Source: Puccinia triticina | Lineage: Eukaryota | Length of the DNA stretch: 64,000 bases | Direction of reading: 5' to 3' | NCBI GenBank assembly: GCA_026914245.1 | Contig: CP110440.1 | Coordinates: forward strand, 62,001-126,000 | Notes under the pieces: generated by a model | The model's database searches: none | What the model was told of the DNA's origin: nothing | Seen by the model: only the letters and a program-made list of their open reading frames with translations | Part shown: positions 53,001 through 64,000 of the stretch, piece by piece | How positions within the stretch are numbered: position 1 is the stretch's first letter | How the letters are laid out: each line of letters begins with the position of its first letter | Translations under genes and position numbers: made by a program

Positions 53001-54529
53001 TAATTTCAAACACCTCCCAAAACTCATATGAATCTTGGTGATATTCAAAACTCAATGTTGAACACCCTATATCTACCTGACATAAGTGTGACATGGTTGT
53101 ATAGTTTTTATAATATCCTGATGTCATTTTACTTCAAGCATCAAATCAGAGCAATCTCTCTTGTTGACCACCCTCAGTATATGATCAAGATAGTCAAAAG
53201 ACCCAAGCTCCTCTTTCACCCATCATGTCCTCAATCTAATAAGAAGTCTGAAACGTCTGAAATTTTAACTGATTTAAAAGTCTCAAAGACGTTCACCTGA
53301 TCCAGACCCTCTGATTAGAGATGTCAGCAGGTATTATTTACCTGCATTGCAAGCAGCTGTCGGGTACAAGTCATTACCTCAAATGCACTCCACCTGGCTG
53401 ATCCCGCACCCCATGCGTTCGATGGAGAGGCTGTGCACGCTCGTCTTTCATCAAACTTAAATAAGTCCGAAGGTGGGGGCGCAAAGCGCCTCCACCGGAG
53501 GGACTTATGCGGTATTGGTGATTTAGGACTGAGAGCAAAGGCCAAAAACGCTGATTTTGACAAATGTTCCCATAGCTCCTTCACCTACAAGGATCCCAAC
53601 AATGTTTTTGGATCAAATGAAATATCAACATCTTGTCTAATTTTTGATGCATCAATATCATCATGAGTCCTCCTGCCTCACTCACAATGATCCATCAAAG
53701 ATGGTGGATGGCAAAAGCCAACCCGGAGACTGTTAAAACAGCATTTTTAGTGGAAATCCATACACTTGCCTCAAGGAAAAAAAATGACAGGTATCTGGGA
53801 CTCACTGCTCTGACAGATCTGAGAATGTCATAAAGCTGCAGGATGCGTGTGGGAACATGCATTTTTGGCCATTCACTCCAAATCCCGAGGGAGCCAGTTC
53901 GAAAAACAGTGATCAATCATCTGTTCTAGCCAGGACAAGTTTTCTTGTGTTTACATCCCCTGTATCTCAAGTTTGGCCAGGAGAAAAATACAGCAGAGGG
54001 TGGCTGAAGATAGCCATGCTTCTGATGAGTCTTAGTGAAAATGTACGGGGTGATCACAAAAACACACCACTGTACAGGGACCTTAGCACAAAAAGGCAAG
54101 GATTTGGGGCATAACTCTCAGGCCAAAATCACCTGTAAGGCATAAGTCCCTCCCAGAGGCCTCCCTCTGGGAGGGACTTAGTTGAGTTAGGTCTTTCATC
54201 AGGGCGGCATCCAAAAGTATCCGATCTAAATTTTGAGCACTCCCCCATGCCCTAGTCTGACCAACCCTTCGCGAGTCTCGATATTTCCCTTCGGTCGCTG
54301 CCCATCCAGCTCTGCCATGGCCTGAGGTCGCCGCAACCGTCAGCTCGGCGGACTCACCGAACCCCCGAGGGTGGGATGATCCCGAGCCCGGAGGCCCCGA
54401 ACAAGTCCGCAGCATGAGGCAGCCCCGGGCTGGGAACACGCCGGGAGCACTCCGCCCCCGAACCCAGCCCCTCCCCCACCCAGCACGGCCAGTGCCAGCG
54501 CCCACAGCCAAAGGTCAGAGCCAACCAGC

Positions 54530-55509
54530 ATGTCAGCAAGCGCACCACCCCCACTCCCGCCCCGTCTATCCCATCATCACCAGCGACCCCAACAGCAGCC
54601 AGCACCCCACCAACACCCAGCAGCCGCCATCCCGGAAGCAGACGAACCACCGGTAAGCAGCCTGGCTCACTCACCCCGCCGAAACACCCGTCTCACCACC
54701 CGTGTTTCATCTCCAGCCGGCCTATACACCCGCACCCGAAAACGACGCCTGCGTCCTCGAAGTCGGGCCCCGATATCCTTATGGCCCCAGCCAATCATCA
54801 TCATCCATCCACAGTACACCCCGGCCGACTGAACTCCAGCAGAACCATCATCATCCATATTCTCAACCCCAGCCCGACCATCACCAGCCACCAATCCAAC
54901 CACCTCCATCGTCATACCACCATTCCAGTACTGTCCAAGCACCCGCCGTCTCGAGCCCTTCAAACCCCACCCCTTTCCCCGGCCTCAGTGAACCAACAAC
55001 CGTGCCGACCCCGGGAAGGCCCCTGTTGTATGAGGACAGGATATTGGTGTATCCTTACGTGAATGGCACAGCCTACTTCTGTGCAAAATGCTGTAATACC
55101 GGATACAAAGGATTCGACCCCTACAGACCGTGTCGCAAAGTTGAGCGAGGCCCTTCCCCCCTTTTTTTTTCTCAAACTGCTTACGTAAGGAGATATACAC
55201 TGATCAATCTGATCTTCTGTATAGTGTTGGTTGAAGTATGGCAAGCCTTGGCAAGTCGTCCGGCTCTCGCCTATCACCAGCTCGTCCCCATGGACCCCCC
55301 AGCGCCCATTGCCGCCCACTCAAATGGCGGTCAACCCACCTCCGCTCGTCGTCCGACCGGGCGACCCGCGCATCGGCGGCCGGCTATGCCTCAACTGTAA
55401 CGGATCCGGCCAGAAACTCGAAGAACTCACGCTCTTCAACGTATTCCTGGGCGGCGGCGGCCAGGAGGTCTGTCCTAGCTGCAGAGGCACCGGGAGGATC
55501 TTCCTCTGA
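54530..55509 (+). CDS. HUA1: Hua1-like proline-rich protein with C-terminal Cys-rich zinc-finger motifs
   Basis: PPAY motif across an intron; CAKCCNTGYK...PCRKCW; VVRPGDPRIGGRLCLNCNGSG...CPSCRGTGRI. Confidence 0.75.
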
Positions 55510-56770
55510 TCCCCTTTCCCTGCCTCGGACTATCTATTCCTTTGTTGTTGTTGTCGTCGTTGTTTTTTAGTCATTCCAAGAACTCTCGTCCCAAATTAAG
55601 AACTCACAAATTCATCCCAAACCATCCTCATATCACATCCCAAATGTACTCTAACGAAACCAATTCAGTTCATACTTATTATGCCCATTCTTGTCTCTTG
55701 CACACAACTTCCAGTCCTCAATCACAATGTCCTCTTTCCCGGCTGAAAGAAAGCGTGAAACAAAGACCCCAAGCTTATTATTATTCTTCTCAATTCTTAG
55801 ATCACCTGCTCTTGTCTTTCATTGTGTACCAATGTGTACTACATGTATGAACATTTGACTTCATTTGTTGGTTTTTGATGTTGATTGGCATTGATTGTTA
55901 ACAACTTGGTAAATCATCCATGAGTTCCTGTTACCAAAATGTGCTCATGACTCATAGCTCCTGTGCCTCTCAGTAGATACAGATCATGTGAGATGGGCTG
56001 AACATCATGTCATGATGCCTCATCATTGCAAACCTGTAAGGCAGAACTTGTGAACTGGGGCTTTATATTCAAGCATTCAAGTCTATTCAAGCATTCAAGT
56101 ATGTAAGCCAATCCAGGCCCATTAGATATATATGGCTGTGGTGTAGGTGAGCCTGCAAGAAGTATCATTTGAACTGGTTGTCACTACATTGCTTGGCTTT
56201 CCATATTAACTGGATTATTAGCTGATAAAAGTGTTGCTGGGAATGCTGGTGCTGAAAATTGATTGACAACCATCCATTCCACTGGACAATGCACCCACTG
56301 GTCATCAACTACACGCCAAGCCAAATAATCCCAAAATAAATTTGAGCTCTCAATTGTTATTTACCTCCATGTTTCATAATGCAAATAGCAGTATAACCAA
56401 ATTTATCATGTAACTCAGATTCATAATGCCAAGCTCAACTAGTAGAATTAGTTTCTTCTATTTCTGAACCTGACAAACACTTCAGGTGCTACTGAGTATA
56501 CTACCAGTCACAGAGAGCTCAAGGCACAATAGAGAGGGAAATTTGAAAGAGAACCTGTGAATTGGAGCAGGTTTTCATTATATTTAAATATGCAAGAAGA
56601 CACTTATATGGAGTCCATGAAGTCAAAAAAAGAGATGTGATTTGAAATTGAGTTCATCTGTTAATTTGTAAATTCAAGTTTTTGATATTCTACATTGGCT
56701 GGATGGGTGGGGATGGGTCTTGCTTGCATTTATTGGCTGCTGCCTTTGATTTGATCAAGATGATGAGGAT

Positions 56771-58448
56771 CACTACACGGCAGTTGCGCGGATTGAGGTT
56801 TTGCCCGTCAAAACTGCCGTCAAAGACAAAACACCCGCCTGATTGACCGCCCACCTGTCGGCCTCCGGTCAGCCGTCAAACTGCCAGCCAAATTAACAGC
56901 CAAACAGCCGGCACTTGACTTCAGGCAAGTTTAACATAACTTGCCTGGGGTCGGTTGGCCGACGAACGCGCTTGACCTGACAACAGCCGGTGGGAACAGT
57001 GGCAAGATGCCGGCCTCCAGGCTAACCCCAAAAAAAGGGCAGAGGGCCAAGACAAAGTCCGCCCATCAGAGGGACACGTCACCCTCGGCCCTCTCATTTT
57101 TTCCAAGTCCGCTCATTGGATCACCGCCACCCTCCATCTGCCCCACCCTCACCAACCCACATCCTCAGATGTGTCCCTCTGCCCCTGCCTCCTCCTTGCC
57201 CGGCCCACACCCCATCCACAGCACGCCCACCTCCACATCACATCCTCCATCAAGCTCCGCACCTCGCTCGGCTCTCACATCCTCCATCGAGCTCCGCACC
57301 TCGCTCGGCTCCATCGGCTCCTTCCGAGCCACGTTCAACTATCCCTCCTCCTCGTCTTCCTCCTCGCCTGCTCGCTTCTGAGCTTATTTTTACTATTGGT
57401 CGATCTTTCCAACCACAGGGAACGTTGCGAGGACCCGCCGAGATTCGTGCGGTCACTGATGGCCAGGCCTTTTCTTCTCATCACGGCCTCCAAGCTGAGG
57501 GAACACCGCACCAGCCAACCACGCCAAGCCCATGATGAGCCCATCCCGCCGGCTGAGTTCGAGCAGCACTTCGGCTCTGTTATCGGTTGGTCCTTGAGAA
57601 CTGGGTGGTGTGGCTGAGAGACCGAGAGGCTGATGCTCCTCATTTGCTTCTCCCCCGCAGAGTTGTCAAGCAAGGCATTGGGCAGCTCAATCGTTGCCGT
57701 CTCCATAAAGGGTGATCATCGAGCTCGGCGTTCCCTCAGGCACGATTGTCGGGTTCGACATCAACACGACCCTCTTTAGTGGCAACGAAGCGACGGCCTG
57801 CTCGGTCTATGGCCTCGACAGACTCAGCCCTGCCCCGGACTCGCCGGATGATGCTCAGGTGTGCCCTCCGCGTATAAATAAGTATGGGGACGAACCGCCG
57901 CAGGCAGAGTTGTTGGCGCTTCTGGAAAGAGAAGCCGCACTCTCCCTCTAGCTCGGTATCAAATTGATTTTTCTCTCCCATTTCCCTCTTGCCATTTATT
58001 CATAGAAAAAGCTGAAAAAAAACATAGAAGAGCCAAAAAAAGAACAAAAGCGATGTAAAAAAACCATAAAAACCAAAAAAAAGTGCCCTGGCGGCCATAA
58101 AAACTTTTTGAGAGTGCCATGCGAGTCGACCCAACAAACTGGGTCAAACCTGCGTGATTAGCGGGCAAATCGCCGGCGATTTGTGGTCAAAGGGCGGTCA
58201 AAAAGCCCTGACCGGTTTTTGTAGGGTCTCGGGTCGGACGGCGAGTTGCCGGATGGGTCAAGGTGCCCTATGTTTCGCCAGCGCGTTCTCTGATTGCGCA
58301 TTGGCGGGGGTGCCGCCAAGTTCGGCGGTCCGCTTGACGGTTGACCGGAGGCCGGCATGTGAACGGTCATGAATGGCTGGGGCGCGTCCGTCAAATTGAC
58401 GGCCGAACTTTGGGCGCTTCGGCGGCGATGTGCAACTGCCGTGTAGTA
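56771..58448. mobile_element. Non-autonomous CACTA element carrying a captured gene fragment
   Basis: Left end CACTACACGGCAGTTGC; right end GCAACTGCCGTGTAGTA (last base altered); AT duplicated at the flanks; CCGTCAA subterminal repeats; no transposase. Confidence 0.88.
57535..57857 (+). pseudogene. Allantoicase N-terminal fragment with an internal deletion
   Basis: PAEFEQHFGSVI | intron 57586-57660 | ELSSKALGSSIVAVS, then frameshifted VIIELGVPSGTIVGFDINTTLFSGNEATACSVYG, resembling allantoicase repeat motifs. Confidence 0.75.
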
Positions 58449-58484
58449 ATTCATACAAGAAAAGAAAAGAAAGAATCAGTAATT

Positions 58485-59300
58485 TTAGTACCAACATGCA
58501 ACTCTTTTTGAGATAAGGAAAGAAAAAAACACCATGATGCTTACATTTTGTAATAGTAACTCATAATGTTCGTTTTGAAGATAGGCTCCTTTGAAATCTT
58601 GGGTTCTTTCATTGACGACATGGAGTTGAGCGTGAATTGAAAAGTTTGAGATAGATAGAACCACAATGTTCAAACCATAAGCTTCTGACAAGGCTTTGAT
58701 CGAGATCTCATCTCCCCAAGCGCCATTCTCCATCTTCAAAAGATAGTTCTTCAATCTAAGTTCTGGTTCTGATTCCTCTCCTTCAACAAAGTCTTGGAAT
58801 TCCATCGGCTTGGTTTCTATGTATTTGATCATTTCCTTCCTGACTTGGATATGCCTCTCTTGGTCTCCATACTTGAAGTGTGCGAACGTCCTAAATAAAC
58901 AATTTCCATCCATCTTTATATAGCCCTCGGTTTTGGAATAACCTGGAAAAGACTTGATTGGCGTAACTCTGGCCGGGGCGAGCGGTGGTTGGGGAGTTGT
59001 TATTCTTATACCGCTCAGCGTTCGATACGCATGCTCAGAAGATGGGAAATATGATTGACTGGCTTGTGCGAGATCGTCGACTTCGGATTGCAAATCCTCG
59101 ACGTGTCGAATCTCGTCGGTCGGAGCCATTCCACTTTGAATGTAATCTGGGCCTTGGTCCCTCCCTCTCATCCTGGCTATCAGAAACATGACCATCATCA
59201 AGCAGGCCAAGTAGACTATCTTCCGAATATATACCGGATAACGAAAGCCGATGGCCGGATAAATTTCGACCGCGTGTTTCTTAGTTTTTCTAACCGTCAT
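58485..59300 (-). CDS. OTU-family cysteine protease/deubiquitinase with an N-terminal hydrophobic segment
   Basis: DGNCLFR, YGDQERH..VR, WGDEISIKAL, NEHYE; hydrophobic IVYLACLMMVMFLIA; probable splice donor at 58544. Confidence 0.85.
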   Translation of the reverse strand: MTVRKTKKHAVEIYPAIGFRYPVYIRKIVYLACLMMVMFLIARMRGRDQGPDYIQSGMAPTDEIRHVEDLQSEVDDLAQASQSYFPSSEHAYRTLSGIRITTPQPPLAPARVTPIKSFPGYSKTEGYIKMDGNCLFRTFAHFKYGDQERHIQVRKEMIKYIETKPMEFQDFVEGEESEPELRLKNYLLKMENGAWGDEISIKALSEAYGLNIVVLSISNFSIHAQLHVVNERTQDFKGAYLQNEHYELLLQNVSIMVFFSFLISKRVACWY

Positions 59301-62300
59301 TTGATTTTGTCTTGTGCTAAGTGTTGGATTTGTGAGTGATAATCAATGTTTTTGGTGGGTCTATTGTGGTTCCCTTATCGATTAATGAAGAGAGAAAGGA
59401 AATAGCACAGCAAGCAATCTGCGAGACAACCGTTGGCAGAACGGAGGACCGTGGCTTAGGAGACGGAGAAACCATCGCAACTCGTATGTACCTGGTGAAA
59501 CATGTGCTAGTGTTTTGCTTAACTGCCACCCATATGAGAAAGTTTTGGACTGCGGCTCTGGACAATGTCAGTGGAGTACATGAGTCTTGGGCCGGCTCCT
59601 GGCAAGGGTATAAAGGATTGAAGCAATGGTGAAAATTCTCTAGGGCATCCCCCGTTGCACTTGCACCGGGTGGATGTCCTCACAGCCCCTACACCACGGG
59701 TGCACTAAAAGTTTCCGAGGTGGTCTTGAGAACCAAAATGGTTTGATAGTGGTTTTTGGGACCAAATTGGTCTGAATTTGGTTTGGGAACCCATTTGCTT
59801 ACCATTTTGGTTCCCAAAACCATTTTGTGAGAGAATGACCACTGTCCTCTAAGAGATTTGGTTTTCAGAACCAATCTCACAACTTTTTCCCAAATGTTGT
59901 GGGATTGGTTCTGAAAACCAAAATGGTTGGTGTAAAGGATATCGAAACTATTGGATTTTCAAATCTTCCTTCTGCCTTCTTTTCACTGAGCTACTTGTTG
60001 CCTACATCATCATCTCTACTTATGCTCATACCACCTGTGTTTCCTTTTAGTTTGGTCATGCTATCTTGCCGTACTAGCCTTGTGACTTTGATCCCTGCCT
60101 AGATTAGCTGTATTGCTTTCCTTCTACTGTGTTCTCTGGTGCGCGCGCTCTGTTAGTGATTGGTTGTATGTCACCTGTTTGCTCATCCTGATTTTCCATC
60201 AGGTTCTATTGTCTTCTTTCATATTCAATATTCTCTCAACCACTGGTCCTTGTATTGTAGCCTACTTAAAACATAGCCTACAAACCTGAAATCAACCATT
60301 GGTTCTTCCTCCCTTTCTGTCCGCGCCTCTGAATCCAAGCCAATCCGGTGAGCTCTCAAATCTCACTGCCCTCTCTCAAGCCCACAAGCTCATCTCAGTG
60401 CCTCATTGTGTTGCGGTCTTCAGTCCAAATCCCTACAAAAACCAAAAATGTTGGCAGAGCGGTTCCCAGAACCAAATGGAAGTTTCTGGAAATATCACCA
60501 CAGAGGTTTGCTTAGCACTTGCGTGCAAGTGCCTTCACCCCTCTCTTTAGGAATCCTTTAAGATCTCTTTAAGGACTTGGCTCCAAGTGATGTGTAATTT
60601 TGTGCTGAATTTTTGCTGAAGTTATGCTGAATGTTTATGAAGTCATGTTGGAAAGGGTCTGATATCATATTGATACCAACTGAAACTTGACCGTATATAT
60701 TACTTTAACTCTTTGAAAACATATGTACAACCACACTGCAATGAATTGTCAACTGCTTGGCAGAAACAATGGTTTCTTCTATTGAAACTATATAATATAT
60801 TTTGATTAATCATGGGGTTATACCAGGGGAGCTTGCTCAGCACTTGCATGCAATTCCAATCATTCAATAATTTTTTTAACCTTGTAAACTTACTTCCGGA
60901 ACTCTATCAGCAAGTTACACTCAATTTCCACTCAATTAACTTGTGGTCAATCCATGCTGAATTAATGTTGAATCAATGCTGAATTTAGCTCAAGGCAAGT
61001 TTGAGATGTGTTCAATCTGGCTTGAGACTGAATTCTAAGGCTCTCGCAAGGATAAAAAAAACTTTTCCATGAGAAGATGTTGTCAACCTGAATTCCCAAA
61101 TGTCCAGGAGATATTCCTCAACTTCTTGTGAAAGAGTGAAATTCACCCTTCTGAGGTTTAGAAGATGCTCAAGATAAATCCTTGAAGCTTACAAAGAGTC
61201 ATTTCATAAGAAATAAAGCTGTATATAAACTTGATATGTGAGCTTGGAAAAGAGAAACGCTTCGACAAAATTCCTGATTCATCTATTGTTTAAAATGAAT
61301 TTCAATCTGAACACCAAGATTTGGTAGTAAATTTGAAAACGTTTTGATGTATTAAATATTTAACAATGAATTTTTGGTGGGTTTTCTCTAGAATTGAATT
61401 CCTCTCTAACAGTTCTTTTAGATTGAATCTTCATTACTATCTGTGCCAGTTTTCTAGTACGCATGCATTTCCCAGGTTGGGTCTGCTTGGCATGATGAGT
61501 GGACAATCTTGGGTATCAATTTCAATCTGAACATGTTATTCTTACTCAAATTTCTGTGGCTCTCTGTGCTAATTTTATATTGAATCATCATATTCTAGAT
61601 TGGCTCCCTTTGATTGTTTCAGGAATGATGTGGGGAGTAGTGTTTTAAAATATTTGCTATTAATTGAATGTGCATCATTTTCCATGCTCGTTGTCCGATG
61701 CTATATTGGTTCTGCTTGACATGTTGTGTCAATGGCCCGCAAGCAATCAGCTCTGCTAGAATTCCAAGAGCCTCAGCTGTTGTTTTCTTTGGCCGAAACC
61801 CAAACCTTGAGAAATTCAACATGTGAAGGAGCCTACCCAAAACAAGAGCAAACATTACAAGGTTTCTCAGGAGCTTGGTAGCAAGAACAATTGTAAAAGA
61901 TACAAGCGGAAATCTTACCATCAGGTTTCAACTAGCAGACATTCTTTATTCCTCAAAGGAATTCAAGAAGAATAAAAGATCAGCTTGTTTAACAGGGTAT
62001 CCCCATGATTTTTTTTTTGGTTGCAAGTTGGTTGTCTGATTATTCAAGGTTAGCTGTTACATGAAAAAATTGTAGCAAAAAATCACAAGGCTTAGATACA
62101 ATTAGGCAACACTTATCAAGGATGAAAATATGGTTACTGAAAATGTGACACAAAAATGCATGGAAACAAACAAACTGTGATTCATAGTCAAAAGCAACAT
62201 CCCAGAAGTGATCTAGTTCACCATTTCTGAGATTTTCAACGGTTGAATCAACATATAGCAAGATGTGTCTCTGGAAAACTATAAGAAGAAGAATCATATT

Positions 62301-63363
62301 TACGCCTCAAGTCATTATGTTCACTTGGATTTAAGGAAAGAATTTGTACAAGACTCAAAAATCTGGTTGTGATTGATTTATATGTTGGGTAGAAGAGGGA
62401 GTTGACATGCAAGTTGATTTCAAATTTGAATTTTTACTTCAAGTTTGTTGGGCGGAATGGGGTCTTTTAATGGTGCTGATGTTTAAAGAGAGTATCATTT
62501 TTTATCTGGCTGGTAGTGGCTGAGCCTGTGTTTAAATTGAAGCAGACCGTTTGAAAATTTCATAGTTAAGTTCCATTTGAGAATGATGAATGCATGCATT
62601 GGCAATCCCCAATTCAGTCCATTTAAAATATCAGGGATGTGAGATCTCTCTTCTAATTTATTGGCAGAAATGGGCTTTGGGTATGAGGTGGAGTGGCTCT
62701 ACCATTTGCTGGTTGATTCTTGAAATGGCAACATATAACATTTACATGCTTGGAAGTGGGTGGTGTAGCCACCTTGGAGTATAGTTGCAAATTCTTTTTG
62801 TGTGCCGTAACTGGCTCCCTGAAGCAAATTTTCCAAATTTTCTTTTTTTGGTGGGGATTTAAGGGCAAGCCATGCACAAGTGAATTGAGGCATGTTGAAT
62901 CACCCTGAATTCCAACTTCCACTGCACATGGATCTTTCAGAAAAAAAATATGGATTGATTCAATTCAGAATGAGGATTAACAATTTTCAAGACACTCAAG
63001 GTGTGAATTCTGAATCCGTGAGTTGTTTTGTAGTGAATTAGATGCCAAGTTTATAAAAAAACTGTCTTTCCAGAAGGATCACATTTCTTCACATTTTTTC
63101 TGGTTTACTGCACCATTTTCTTCTCCCTGATTCAAGAAATATTTTTAAATAAAGAAAAAAATAACATATCTGACTTACAATTGACATTGCTTCAAAGTTT
63201 GAGCCTGAACTACTGTTGATTAGTCTGGAATTTGGGAATTGCTGTCTTCCCAAGTTGTGTTAGTAATTTTTTCCTCTTCAGAATTCTGTCTATTGTAGAA
63301 GTAGAGTAATTTTTTGAATTAAATTTTTGACTTCTTTTGGTTTTGAAGCAGTTGACTTGAATT

Positions 63364-64000
63364 GGCGTGTGCCACACTAACGTACGCCCGTACGTTTGTG
63401 TGACAACGGGGAGTCCTACACTGTGCGCCTCCTCGGAGAGGCTTATGTAATAAGCTCCTCAACTGGCCGGGTGGATCTCTTCAACCCACACTCCAATCGA
63501 TGGCCGACCATCGGGTGGAGTACACACTCCGCTTGATGAACGGCAATCGAGCGGATTATACATCCCACCCAATGACCGGGCATCAACTGGGGTTTGTACT
63601 CCACTAATGATGACCGGCCATTGAGCCCTGTGCACACCACTCGATGACCGGCCATCGAGCGGCGTTCTGGGGTTTAATGCCGCTCAATGGCCATTGAGTG
63701 GAGTACATACCCCACTCAATGCCCGAGTGCTCCCCCCTCGATGACCTGTCTGTACAGGTCATCAAGAGGACATGTGACTCCCCTCGATGGCTGGCACAGA
63801 CCGGTCATCGAGAGGAGATGTTACTCCCCTCAATGGCTGGTACGGACCGGTCATCGAGAGGAATTATTCCCCTCGATGACCTGTATTGACCGGTCATCAA
63901 GAGGTGTAAGTCCCCTTGATGACCGGCACAGACTGATGATCATCAAGGGGAGGTGTTACTCCTCTTGATGACCCGTATAGACCGGTCATCAAGAGGTGGA
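63364..64000. repeat. Transposon-like terminus with an array of ~42-45-bp palindromic units; continues beyond the window
   Basis: Repeated ACCGGTCATCGAGAGG...CCCCTCGATGACC units; terminal hairpin AACGTACG-CC-CGTACGTT. Confidence 0.7.

Larger units (their letters stand above)
48583..53067. mobile_element. Old TA-flanked MITE split by the Harbinger element and a second MITE
   Basis: Left end TGGTGTTCAAAATTGATTTT versus right-end reverse complement GGGTGTTCAACATTGAGTTT; TA on both flanks. Confidence 0.6.

Noticed and set aside
59690..60505. Possible solo LTR (from 59931) nested in an ACCAAAATGG-repeat element
   Set aside because: It looks repeat-derived, but I could not find a matching TSD or paired termini.
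60550..63350. Possible decayed gene or transposon ORF on the minus strand
   Set aside because: AT-rich, many stops, no recognisable motif.
63640..64000. CRISPR-like array of palindromic repeats
   Set aside because: Units are separated by only a few bases with no unique spacers, there are no cas genes, and the context is eukaryotic. It fits transposon subterminal repeats.

Overview
Eukaryotic DNA with many short (about 70-130 nt) GT-AG introns. The gene content and repeat landscape suggest a basidiomycete, most likely a rust fungus (Pucciniales; inference). Compact housekeeping clusters carry CBP3, a DPP-IV-type dipeptidyl aminopeptidase, glutathione reductase, MCC beta subunit, BRF1, a multi-START protein, a Nup159/Nup214-like nucleoporin, ATG6 and a Hua1-like gene. 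These alternate with AT-rich, transposon-dense spacers that hold candidate secreted or effector genes. Main observations: (1) glutathione reductase appears to have a spliced, CUG-initiated N-terminal mitochondrial presequence. (2) A non-autonomous CACTA element carries an intron-containing allantoicase fragment and sits at the 3' end of an OTU deubiquitinase gene with an N-terminal hydrophobic segment. (3) Two deeply nested transposon stacks (25.0-30.8 kb and 48.6-53.1 kb) can be resolved largely by target-site duplications (TSDs); the first contains a Helitron and a tRNA-like cassette. (4) Repeats show TCG-context C-to-T changes. Exon boundaries were read by eye, and family assignments come from recognised motifs, not database searches.
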